This document shows positions 8,343 through 16,146 of a DNA stretch of 25,889 nucleotides, one piece after another. Source of the stretch: a virus (lineage: Duplodnaviria; Caudoviricetes); the IMG/VR virus record IMGVR_UViG_3300020045_005572, positions 1-25,889 of that record; one strand, 5' to 3'. Within the stretch, counting starts at the first letter, position 1. The number at the start of each line of letters is the position of its first letter. A program made the translations under genes and the position numbers. The notes under the pieces were generated by a model. It was not told the origin of the DNA, searched no databases, and was given only the letters and a program-made list of their open reading frames with translations.

Positions 8343-8575
8343 TTTTCATCCCTCCTGTAAATTTCTATGACGTTTAAAGCCTCTTTAAAGAGTTTTTCAA
8401 GCTGACCCATATTCCCGGTCAAAACTCCGTTATTTTTCGTTGTAATGGCTATTGAGTCCTCAAATATGATATATCTCGCGATGCCTTCGAACTCTTTCGA
8501 CTCAACTGGCAGCCCTTCGACTCTGTCGTTGTTATAATATTTCTTGTTGTGGATCTTTCGCAGGTTCTTGATCAT
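8339..8575 (-). CDS. Hypothetical phage protein
   Basis: Start MIKNLR with GGAGG RBS; coupled to the downstream gene. Confidence 0.6.
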   Translation of the reverse strand: MIKNLRKIHNKKYYNNDRVEGLPVESKEFEGIARYIIFEDSIAITTKNNGVLTGNMGQLEKLFKEALNVIEIYRRDEK

Positions 8576-8972
8576 TGTCCACCTCCACGATCTCAACCAA
8601 TACCCCGGGTTCTTTCTTATTCACCTCAAAATGATCCTCGAACCCGGTGATGTTCTTCCAGCCGTCATTTTCCAGAACGCCCAGCTTCACCAGCGCATCC
8701 TGAATAAATTTCTTGGCAAAAGCAATATTGTCCAGATCCCGTTTTTGGTTTTCCTCAACCCAGGTATATTTGATATGAACCGGGTTCTTGATCTCAATTC
8801 CTCTAAGCTTATTCATCACACAATATGCGACGTATTGATCCGTTTCATCTTTGAGCTTTGCACCCTTTTGGCGGTGGGTTCTATTAGCCCGGGTGTATTC
8901 ATTCAGGCCGGGCAGCTTCCCGGGGATGAAGAAGGTGTAAATGCCGTTGCTGAAGCTATTCATTTTTCTCAC
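8532..8972 (-). CDS. rusA: RusA-family Holliday junction resolvase
   Basis: 'RDLDNIAFAKKFIQDALVKLGVLENDG' acidic RusA motif; location after the replication genes. Confidence 0.82.
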   Translation of the reverse strand: MRKMNSFSNGIYTFFIPGKLPGLNEYTRANRTHRQKGAKLKDETDQYVAYCVMNKLRGIEIKNPVHIKYTWVEENQKRDLDNIAFAKKFIQDALVKLGVLENDGWKNITGFEDHFEVNKKEPGVLVEIVEVDNDQEPAKDPQQEIL

Positions 8973-9177
8973 CCAGATACTCTCTCAACTGACTTTCTGT
9001 GACAAAATATTGATTTCCCATCCAACGCCGGGGATATGTTTTTATTTTTCCTGTTCTCAAATACCTTTGTACCGTCGCAACGCTGACTCCTAAAATCTTT
9101 GATAGATGTTTTGTTGTGAATGCTTTTTCACCCATCATGGTTGTGCTGATGCATTCTGCGTTTTCTAGATCAATCAT
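8956..9177 (-). CDS. Small HTH DNA-binding protein (excisionase/MerR-like)
   Basis: 'FTTKHLSKILGVSVATVQRYLRTGKIK...YFVTESQLREYL'. Confidence 0.75.
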   Translation of the reverse strand: MIDLENAECISTTMMGEKAFTTKHLSKILGVSVATVQRYLRTGKIKTYPRRWMGNQYFVTESQLREYLGEKNE

Positions 9178-9397
9178 AATGGCACCATTCCTGATGAGCT
9201 TCGCAAGAACTACCGCAATTTAAACATGTGTATTCAGAATTCGAACTATGCCCGGAAACCTCAGTTTTATCAATTTGAATGTTTGTAGATCCGCAAACAT
9301 CACATTTTATAAGTGCGCCTTTGTGTTTTCTCGACCATCCCAGATACGCAATGCAATCTTTGATTCGATCTAGAAAACTTGATTTTTTATCACTCAT
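9170..9397 (-). CDS. Zn-ribbon hypothetical protein
   Basis: 'CDVCGS...CLNCGS'. Confidence 0.65.
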   Translation of the reverse strand: MSDKKSSFLDRIKDCIAYLGWSRKHKGALIKCDVCGSTNIQIDKTEVSGHSSNSEYTCLNCGSSCEAHQEWCHYD

Positions 9398-9515
9398 CCC
9401 GTAGTTCCTCCTTCAAGTAAAAATCCGTACACGTCAACACCTCGGCGTTGATGGCTACACCATGGCACATTCCGCTGTTTTCGACGTGGTTTTCGCAGTT
9501 ATGGCAGTTAATCAT
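9390..9515 (-). CDS. Cys-rich microprotein (41 aa), not in the ORF track
   Basis: MINCHNCENHVENSGMCHGVAINAEVLTCTDFYLKEELRDE; overlaps both neighbours. Confidence 0.55.
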   Translation of the reverse strand: MINCHNCENHVENSGMCHGVAINAEVLTCTDFYLKEELRDE

Positions 9516-10030
9516 CTTACTTTCCTCCTATCATTTTTAAACCCATTAACACTCAACGCCACGGCGTCTTCGCCAACATCATCCCCACAACTGTTCCGCT
9601 TTCTCTTTTTACAGATAAAACAATACTTATCGCAGATTATTTCTTTGACAGCTTCAACCGTATTGGCATTTTCATATGCTTCCAGCCAATTATTGAAGTC
9701 TGACGCATTCTTCCAGGTCGGGTTGCCAAAATCCATCATCCGCTGGTAGAGAAATCGCCTTTTTCGATCCTGCAATGTGGCGCTGTGATCTTTCCGCGGG
9801 TTTTTCGGTCTATCGTTGGCTTTAAAAGCATGGAATACATAGGTTCCATCTTTCAGGCGTTTCCCCCAGGCGTCTTTCGGCATCCATGACGGAATGTCGC
9901 TAAACATATAATTATTGGGGCTGGTGTATATTTCGCCATCTTTATGGACGATGTCGTCAATAACCGGGGTAGATGGTTCGTTGCTGATTGGTTGGAACAT
10001 TGTGATCTGGCTATGGATTTCGCACATCAC
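9512..10030 (-). CDS. Hypothetical phage protein
   Basis: 172-aa ORF coupled within the operon. Confidence 0.6.
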   Translation of the reverse strand: MMCEIHSQITMFQPISNEPSTPVIDDIVHKDGEIYTSPNNYMFSDIPSWMPKDAWGKRLKDGTYVFHAFKANDRPKNPRKDHSATLQDRKRRFLYQRMMDFGNPTWKNASDFNNWLEAYENANTVEAVKEIICDKYCFICKKRKRNSCGDDVGEDAVALSVNGFKNDRRKVR

Positions 10031-10434
10031 TTTTCTTGCTCCAGAGGGTATTCATTAATATTGTCGATTCTATACATTCCTGGTTCGCGATTATATTTCT
10101 TCATCCATTCCAACACTACTTTTGTTAATTGGTCATCCAGTTCTGCTATTTCTTCTTTTTTCTTCAAGCTGTACGGTTCCCATGATTCGGCCGCTTCCCC
10201 ACAATAGTCCCACGCATCTTCCGCCATTCTGTCTAGGATGTCCGTGCTATCAACAGATACTCCAAAAGGCACTGTTTCGCCAATATAAACAACCGTTGGT
10301 GAATCGCAGTATTCGTAATCTTCAAGATCAATAGCTGTTTTCACATCTTCAATGCATTCACCCACCGTGTCAAAAGTGCCATTATTCCACAGTTCAGCGT
10401 CTCCATTAAGATTCCATGTGTATTTTTTAATCAT
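10027..10434 (-). CDS. Hypothetical acidic phage protein
   Basis: 135-aa ORF with a 4-bp overlap. Confidence 0.7.
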   Translation of the reverse strand: MIKKYTWNLNGDAELWNNGTFDTVGECIEDVKTAIDLEDYEYCDSPTVVYIGETVPFGVSVDSTDILDRMAEDAWDYCGEAAESWEPYSLKKKEEIAELDDQLTKVVLEWMKKYNREPGMYRIDNINEYPLEQEK

Positions 10435-10946
10435 CCCTGCACCTCCAATAATTCAGAAATTCGGTAAAATTCACTCCCTAATATTTCGATGTAGCCCATA
10501 TTTTCATCGAGCTTTTCATCATTCGTTCCTGAGATCGACCAGTAAAACCGATCTTTATATCTTAGAGTCTTTGAATAGTGGCTTTCCCCATATTTACACA
10601 CTTTCCAGATATCAAACATTTGTGGGCGAGGCTCACTCATTCTTCCGATCGGAATGTTTTTTTCTTCTAGCTTTTTCTTCCATAATTTTCCAATTTGCGA
10701 ATTCATCTTAAAAGCCCGCATACCACGATCATTTTGTTTCTTTAACTGGCCGCTAAAATTATCCAAGTCTTTTGTTGTCGGATTTATGAAGAATATATCT
10801 CCTAACCAAGCGCATTCAGTAGTTTCGAAATTTAATTCTTTAGCGAATTCTCGTACTAATTCACTTACAATATCGTGATAATCAAAATACTCACGCTTTT
10901 GCTTACCAAAGTCAGAATCTGTTATGTCAAAAAAACGTTCACGCAT
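10431..10946 (-). CDS. Hypothetical phage protein
   Basis: 171-aa ORF, coupled; C-terminal 'EILGSEFY'. Confidence 0.7.
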   Translation of the reverse strand: MRERFFDITDSDFGKQKREYFDYHDIVSELVREFAKELNFETTECAWLGDIFFINPTTKDLDNFSGQLKKQNDRGMRAFKMNSQIGKLWKKKLEEKNIPIGRMSEPRPQMFDIWKVCKYGESHYSKTLRYKDRFYWSISGTNDEKLDENMGYIEILGSEFYRISELLEVQG

Positions 10947-11451
10947 TCGGCCCTTCCTCCATCACTTCCATTACTTCACTAACTTGATCTGAAATAACCT
11001 GCAAAAATTCATATTGTTCTCCTGAACCAAGGTTTTCCATGACTTCACTTAGTAAGCTGTCAAACTGCAGTAAATAATTTATGAGATTTTTTGCTTTTAA
11101 TTCCTCAACCGTCAAAGACTCATTTTTCAAATCGCCCAAAGATATCCCGGCATCCTCATACATTTTTAGTCTGCCTCTTAGCTCTGCTGCCTGAACTGAT
11201 ACTGTGTATAAGATAGCCAATTCGCAATCACACTCCATGCAAGCACCTTCCATCAGGTCTTCGGGTTCAACCTCGCATCCTTTTTCTTTTGCACGTTTCG
11301 AGATATATTCGCAAAGATCAACGTCTTCTTGCCCGTCTGCGTATCGCAGAACCGCATTCCCATCTTTTCCGTATGAATAATTCAGCATTGTTTCGGTGTT
11401 GTTTTTTGGTTCATCTGTTGTCAACCGCGTTATTTCCATTGGATCTTTCAT
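10939..11451 (-). CDS. Hypothetical phage protein
   Basis: 170-aa ORF with 'RLKMYEDAGISL', a recurrent Firmicutes phage motif. Confidence 0.7.
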   Translation of the reverse strand: MKDPMEITRLTTDEPKNNTETMLNYSYGKDGNAVLRYADGQEDVDLCEYISKRAKEKGCEVEPEDLMEGACMECDCELAILYTVSVQAAELRGRLKMYEDAGISLGDLKNESLTVEELKAKNLINYLLQFDSLLSEVMENLGSGEQYEFLQVISDQVSEVMEVMEEGPNA

Positions 11452-11630
11452 TATTCCAACCCATTCTCTTTCAGAATCCGATCACACGCAGCCCCGAAGA
11501 CAGTGGCGATCATTACATATTCCTCCATTGTCAGCCCCAACGCCATGGTCTTGGTCATTTCCATGAGGTTCCGGGCCTCGGCCACGCCGATTGTTTCCGA
11601 TTTTGATGCTATTTTTGGTTCGTTATTCAT
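11451..11630 (-). CDS. Hypothetical protein (59 aa), not in the ORF track
   Basis: MNNEPKIASKSETIGVAEARNLMEMTKTMALGLTMEEYVMIATVFGAACDRILKENGLE; overlaps both neighbours (ATGA and TAATG). Confidence 0.65.
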   Translation of the reverse strand: MNNEPKIASKSETIGVAEARNLMEMTKTMALGLTMEEYVMIATVFGAACDRILKENGLE

Positions 11631-12406
11631 GATTTATCCAACTCCTTCGGAAACTCCCGGCGCATGTTTTCTTCGCCAATGATCGGTACCAGGCTATCTT
11701 TCATGAAAACGGGCGTCTTAGTTTTATCGCATTGCTCAACAATTTCATCAATCCATTCTTTTTCTGGCACTACCTTGTCTTTTCGATTGCCGGTTTCAGC
11801 GCCGATAATAACCCATTGTGTATTTTCAAACTCACCATATGGGTTGATATTCCACTTTTCAGTTAACGGTTCGATGCTAATAAACGTATTGTATTTAGTG
11901 GCATCATTTTTGGGTTTTACAAACCGCTTCATTCGACTGTTTGTCGCCGTACTCCCATACCACATATTAGGAGCGCTTATTATCAAGCCTTTGTTCACTA
12001 ATTCTGAATATCGTTTCGGGTTTTTCGTCAAAAACAAATAATTATGCTGTGGTGCATTGGCACAAGCCTTCATAACTTCGACGATCCATTCATCCGGTAC
12101 CCAATCGCCAAAGAGATCAGCCATGGAGCAGACGAAAATGTTTCGACCCTTCTTCCAGTTATTGGGAATCACCAACCGTTCATTGTAAAACGTTGGTTTA
12201 AAGCCAAATGGAAAGGCGCATCGATAGGTGCCTTCGTATATCCCGCTGGAGATCATTTCGCTGTGCTCCACTTTATTTGCAAAGACTTCAGTGCTACATT
12301 TAAATCGATTAGCAATTTTTCTCGCATAACAGTATTCACAACCATGCAGGCAGCCTGTTACTGGATTCCATGTGCTATCGCACCATTCTATTTTTGTTTT
12401 TTCCAT
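11627..12406 (-). CDS. DUF5131 / phage Gp37-Gp68 family protein (radical-SAM-like Cys motif)
   Basis: 'TKIEWCDSTWNPVTGCLHGCEYCYA', 'FVCSMADLF', 'LTKNP', 'SIEPL', 'WVIIGAETG', 'PVFMK'; start MEKTK with AGGAG RBS. Confidence 0.88.
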   Translation of the reverse strand: MEKTKIEWCDSTWNPVTGCLHGCEYCYARKIANRFKCSTEVFANKVEHSEMISSGIYEGTYRCAFPFGFKPTFYNERLVIPNNWKKGRNIFVCSMADLFGDWVPDEWIVEVMKACANAPQHNYLFLTKNPKRYSELVNKGLIISAPNMWYGSTATNSRMKRFVKPKNDATKYNTFISIEPLTEKWNINPYGEFENTQWVIIGAETGNRKDKVVPEKEWIDEIVEQCDKTKTPVFMKDSLVPIIGEENMRREFPKELDKS

Positions 12407-12548
12407 GATCTTTCTCCTTTTCTCCATACACCACAATCCTCGGACACAGCGGATTCAAATCATCCGGATCCAATCTGCAGTGCAGTCCGTCGCTTTTTAT
12501 TATTTTTTGATCGCATTTTTCGCAATCGTAGTTAAAACCATCGATCAT
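12375..12548 (-). CDS. Possible Cys-rich microprotein (57 aa)
   Basis: MIDGFNYDCEKCDQKIIKSDGLHCRLDPDDLNPLCPRIVV...; ATGA overlap with the upstream stop. Confidence 0.5.
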   Translation of the reverse strand: MIDGFNYDCEKCDQKIIKSDGLHCRLDPDDLNPLCPRIVVYGEKEKDHGKNKNRMVR

Positions 12549-13078
12549 GCTCCAATCCCATCACTCAGCGCCAATATCTTATTTTTCACATCCTCTGGCA
12601 ATGCTAGGTATTCCCGATCCTGTTCTTTCCGGCTTCTGAAAGCTCTCATGAAGTTTGACTGCACCACGCTATTGACCGTTTCAGCATCCATGCCCGCCCA
12701 GCTTCTCAGCATTTCTGGTGATCCGACTGATCTTTGAATGATTTCAGGTAGCTTTTTAAATTCATCCTCGGCGTGCCAAGCTGAATTCTTGATTGCTTTA
12801 AATGCCAACTCCCAGGCTTCCATTTCGGTCATTTCCGGGGGCGTGGTGTTTTTAATTAGCCGATCCATAATTATTCCAGGTGCTGGCGGAAAGTTTGATT
12901 TATGTATTGCCATGATCACATCAACAGCATTACTGACATCCTGATAAGCCCAATCTTTGAATATTCGCGCCCATGAATTAACAACCGCTATTGCATCGAA
13001 CTTGGTCATGTCTTTATAACCGGCAGGGTAATTCGTTTTTAAGACAGACAAGATCTGCCCAGCTTCTTCTTTATTCAT
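12545..13078 (-). CDS. Replicative helicase loader/inhibitor (G39P-like)
   Basis: 'MNKEEAGQILSVLKTNYP...W...F.D...FPP'; immediately follows the initiator. Confidence 0.75.
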   Translation of the reverse strand: MNKEEAGQILSVLKTNYPAGYKDMTKFDAIAVVNSWARIFKDWAYQDVSNAVDVIMAIHKSNFPPAPGIIMDRLIKNTTPPEMTEMEAWELAFKAIKNSAWHAEDEFKKLPEIIQRSVGSPEMLRSWAGMDAETVNSVVQSNFMRAFRSRKEQDREYLALPEDVKNKILALSDGIGA

Positions 13079-13910
13079 CTTTTAGATCTCCATTCATTAG
13101 CAATTCCAGGAATTGATTGTTTGTGTCATTTCCATTGGTGCCGCCTCTGTTTCGGTAAGTCCCACCTTTGTCTTGCTCCCGCGCAAGCCAGCCGGTAATG
13201 AATTTCAAAATCCCAGCTTTTGTTTTTCGTCTTGTCGGGTTACTGTCTAACCACCCCTTCATATTTCGAAGTTGCTGCTCAACATCCACAGCCGGGTATA
13301 GCTCTTTCCATTGATCAACCTGTAACTGATTTACCAAATAACAAGATTTATCATTAAGAACCAGGCTGATAATGGTCGGATGGACTTCTTCAGGTATGGA
13401 CGCTGAGTCATCAGCTCCATGCAATAAACTATCCTCACCTAACCTATCCTTACCTATCCTTACCTTACCTAACCTAACCTTACCTATGCTGTCGTTTGGT
13501 TGACAAGTGACGGACATATGGTTGTCACTTGGTTGACAAGGTGCGGAAAGCACGGTTTCATCAGGTTTTTTCAATGTATAAGCCCCGTTGCTTTTCTCAA
13601 ATAATGAAGATCGTTCCTCTTTATAAATCGTTTCATTGATTCTGTCTTTCCGAATGTAGTTGTGTATTTTCCAGTGCTTGATAACGATGATTCCTGTCTC
13701 AAATAAGATTACAAAACTCTTCGCTATCAGCAATTTCATATCGTCATCATTGCATCCAACCATGCGCTGGATCTTTTTTGGGCTATTGATAAACCCCTCA
13801 TCATCGGCCCGCATCGACAGATGAAAGTATAAAACTTGTGAGCTGACCGGCATATCCAGGAATGCGTCACTATCAATTATTGTTTTTGCAAACATTCTTC
13901 TATCAGCCAT
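13071..13910 (-). CDS. Phage replication initiator (replisome organizer)
   Basis: 'MADRRMFAKTIIDSDAFLDMP...QVLYFHLSMRADDEGF' N-terminus; internal repeats; C-terminal 'KFITGWLAREQD'. Confidence 0.88.
   Translation of the reverse strand: MADRRMFAKTIIDSDAFLDMPVSSQVLYFHLSMRADDEGFINSPKKIQRMVGCNDDDMKLLIAKSFVILFETGIIVIKHWKIHNYIRKDRINETIYKEERSSLFEKSNGAYTLKKPDETVLSAPCQPSDNHMSVTCQPNDSIGKVRLGKVRIGKDRLGEDSLLHGADDSASIPEEVHPTIISLVLNDKSCYLVNQLQVDQWKELYPAVDVEQQLRNMKGWLDSNPTRRKTKAGILKFITGWLAREQDKGGTYRNRGGTNGNDTNNQFLELLMNGDLKDE
13428..13540. repeat. Putative phage replication origin (iterons) inside the initiator gene
   Basis: Tandem 5-mers (AACCT/TACCT/ATCCT) at ~13428-13487; TTGGTTGACAAG at 13496-13507 and 13529-13540; inverted pair CAAGTGAC (13504-13511) / GTCACTTG (13524-13531). 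Confidence 0.6.
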
Positions 13911-13928
13911 TCAATTTCGAAACCCTTA

Positions 13929-13946
13929 CGGGGCAGTTAAGCCCCG
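13929..13946. other. GC-rich hairpin between ssb and the initiator gene
   Basis: CGGGGC-AGTTAA-GCCCCG with no strong U tail. Confidence 0.45.
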
Positions 13947-14000
13947 CCCTTTCGCCGAATTAATAGAATACTGGTCTTTTATATTAAGATTTATAAAAGC

Positions 14001-14438
14001 TTAGAAAGGTATATCATCATCATCTGCCATCAGGTGGAAGTCTTCGTCCATGTCCATTACTGACATGTTCGCGCTATCGCTTGATTGCTGGGTGTTGGCG
14101 TTGGCACTACTGCCGCCGTCCTTCTTACTCTCAAGGAATTCTAATTCCTCAACAACAACCTCAGTTACCCAGCGTTTTGTGCCATCTTGGGCGTCGTAAC
14201 TTCTTACCTGTAACCGGCCAACGATACCGATCCGGCTTCCCTTCTTAGTGTACTGGCCTAATACCTCCGCCGTTTTTCCCCATGCCTGGCAGTTAATAAA
14301 ATCAGCTTCTTTCTGGCCGTCCTTGTTCTTGAAGCGACGGTCCACGGCCAGCGTAAAACTGGCCACGGCCTTGCCGGATGTGGTGTTTTTTACGTCAGGA
14401 TCTCTCGTAAGTCTTCCAACTAAAATTACCTTATTTAT
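14001..14438 (-). CDS. ssb: Single-stranded DNA-binding protein with a probable ATA start
   Basis: The frame extends 24 codons upstream of the tracked GTG to (I)NKVILVGRLTRDP; 'ADFINCQAWGKTAE'; acidic tail 'DDDIPF'. Confidence 0.93.
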   Translation of the reverse strand: MNKVILVGRLTRDPDVKNTTSGKAVASFTLAVDRRFKNKDGQKEADFINCQAWGKTAEVLGQYTKKGSRIGIVGRLQVRSYDAQDGTKRWVTEVVVEELEFLESKKDGGSSANANTQQSSDSANMSVMDMDEDFHLMADDDDIPF

Positions 14439-14573
14439 GGTGGTTACCTTCTTTCTTTTCGATTGGTCGCCCCGTTACTGGGGTAGTCATGACCGTGCAT
14501 GTTAAGCAAACTTTATCTGGGTGGTATGGGCACTGGTCGCCTAAGACCAGGCAATGCCGTTTCTTCTCGTTCT

Positions 14574-15279
14574 TTAACATACTTCCACCTCAGCCCCTGT
14601 CACTTCCTGCACCCGCCGTTTAAACTCATCCTCGTTCGAATTGCCATCTGACATATGCAGTAGGTAAATCTTTTTCAATTGGCTGGTATCGTTCGCCTTA
14701 ATAAATTCCAATAATGTTTCGATACTCATATGCGACCGTATAACCCGATTTTTATGAGCCTCTGGTATACTTCCGTTTTTTACGTTTTCCTTGATGATTT
14801 CCGTCGAATAATTGCATTCAGCCATAATGATGGATAACCGGTCAAAGGTATATTTCAAATAATAGGTGTCGGTGAAGAATAATAGCCGTTCGCCGGTCGC
14901 CGTGCTTTCGATCAGAAATCCCAATGGCTCCGCTGCGTCGTGCTGGACATCGAACGGTAATATCTGGAAACTTCCAATTTTCCGGGTGATCTGTTTGTAA
15001 AGAACATTTGCCCGGTGGTGATGGGATAACCCCAATAGTTCCAACGTCCCTTTACTGCTGTAAATCTCCACGCCTTTTTTAATCAGATCCTTGGCTGCTT
15101 TTGAATGGTCAAAGATGTTCGTGGCTTATTAAACAACCATCGATTTTATGCAACTGGAACTGCAATGCTTTCTGAATTTCCCGTGCCGGAACCCCGCATT
15201 CCAGCAGCAGGGAGGTTTGCCCATCGCTGATGCGATAGGCGTTTCCTTTGCTAGAAGATGCTATAACTTTAATTTCCAT
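14574..15279 (-). CDS. MBL-fold metallo-hydrolase (YycJ/WalJ-like putative exonuclease), split by a +1 frameshift at 15114-15108
   Basis: Frame 0 (15279-15109): MEIKVIASSSKGNAY...GCLISHEHL-stop. The +1 frame from 15110 continues DHSKAAKDLIKKG into the tracked 165-aa ORF ('HDA', 'TDT', 'ECNY', 'LLHMSDGNS'). The joined product is 234 aa with an intact HEHLDH. Confidence 0.85.
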
Positions 15280-15282
15280 AGG

Positions 15283-16146
15283 TTATAGAAAATCCGGCTG
15301 GCCATAGTCCGCTTCGGCCTCGGCCTGTTCTGCTGCTAGAATCTGTTGTTTTTCGGCTTCGGACGGTTCGCTGGTGACAGGTTCCGGGTCGATCTCATAT
15401 TCAACTTCTTTAAAATCAATTGTTTCTTTATTGGCATTGGCGTCAATTTCTCTCTGGACTTTTGATTCTTCATTCTCGGACGCCATTACTTCCTGCATTT
15501 CGCTGGACATAACGCCGTAGGTACCAATCAGCCGGCGCAATACTGTTTTAATGGCCATCTTGTCAAATTCTTTAAACCATGGCGTCCCGCCTTTACCGCT
15601 CTTGTAAGCCTGGCTGTATTTCTTGCCCCACGCTTCCACTTCTTCTTTTGACATATACAAGGTCTTTTCGAACCCGTTAAGCAGTTTGAAATAAGCAAAG
15701 TACCCGATGATTGTTTTTTCGCCTTTACTATCCAGTTCTACCTCGCCGGATAGATCAAGGTCGCCTGATAGTTTGTTTTGGCCAATATATTCGCCCTCAT
15801 AGACAACATCGGCATTGATGTTTCGATACATGCCGGAACGCTGGGCCAATTGGATCAAGCCTTTGTAGCCAATCGTGAAAGTAGGGACGTTATTGTAAGG
15901 AACCACATAAGCGAACCCCAGGGACTTAACCAGTGGTAATTTCAGCGACGCCGCCTTTAAGCACTCCATGGCCACCGCCTGAGGATCGCACTTTTGCAAG
16001 TACGGATCCCCGGAATAAAGGTCGATCATGGAACTAAGAAACGCCCCGCTATTCTCCTTCAAACTATTTTTAATCTGCGCCCGGATCGTCTTGTCGTTCA
16101 GGACGCTCTTAAATTCGTCCACTCTTGCTATGCTATTTGTTGCCAT
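15283..16146 (-). CDS. recT: RecT-family single-strand annealing recombinase
   Basis: 'LGFAYVVPY...FTIGYKGLIQLAQRSGMYRNINADVVYEGE', 'PWFKEFDKMAIKTVLRRL'. Confidence 0.92.
   Translation of the reverse strand: MATNSIARVDEFKSVLNDKTIRAQIKNSLKENSGAFLSSMIDLYSGDPYLQKCDPQAVAMECLKAASLKLPLVKSLGFAYVVPYNNVPTFTIGYKGLIQLAQRSGMYRNINADVVYEGEYIGQNKLSGDLDLSGEVELDSKGEKTIIGYFAYFKLLNGFEKTLYMSKEEVEAWGKKYSQAYKSGKGGTPWFKEFDKMAIKTVLRRLIGTYGVMSSEMQEVMASENEESKVQREIDANANKETIDFKEVEYEIDPEPVTSEPSEAEKQQILAAEQAEAEADYGQPDFL

Noticed and set aside
13428-13487. Tandem short repeats as a CRISPR array or VNTR
   Set aside because: These are degenerate 5-mers in frame within the initiator gene (GKVRLGKVRIGKDRLG), a usual feature of this family, with no spacers.
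14574-15279. MBL protein as a beta-lactamase or an Apyc1-type anti-Pycsar enzyme
   Set aside because: The motifs (SSSKGN, ECNY, LHMSxxN) and the recT-ssb context fit the YycJ-like nuclease group better; not formally excluded without an HMM search.
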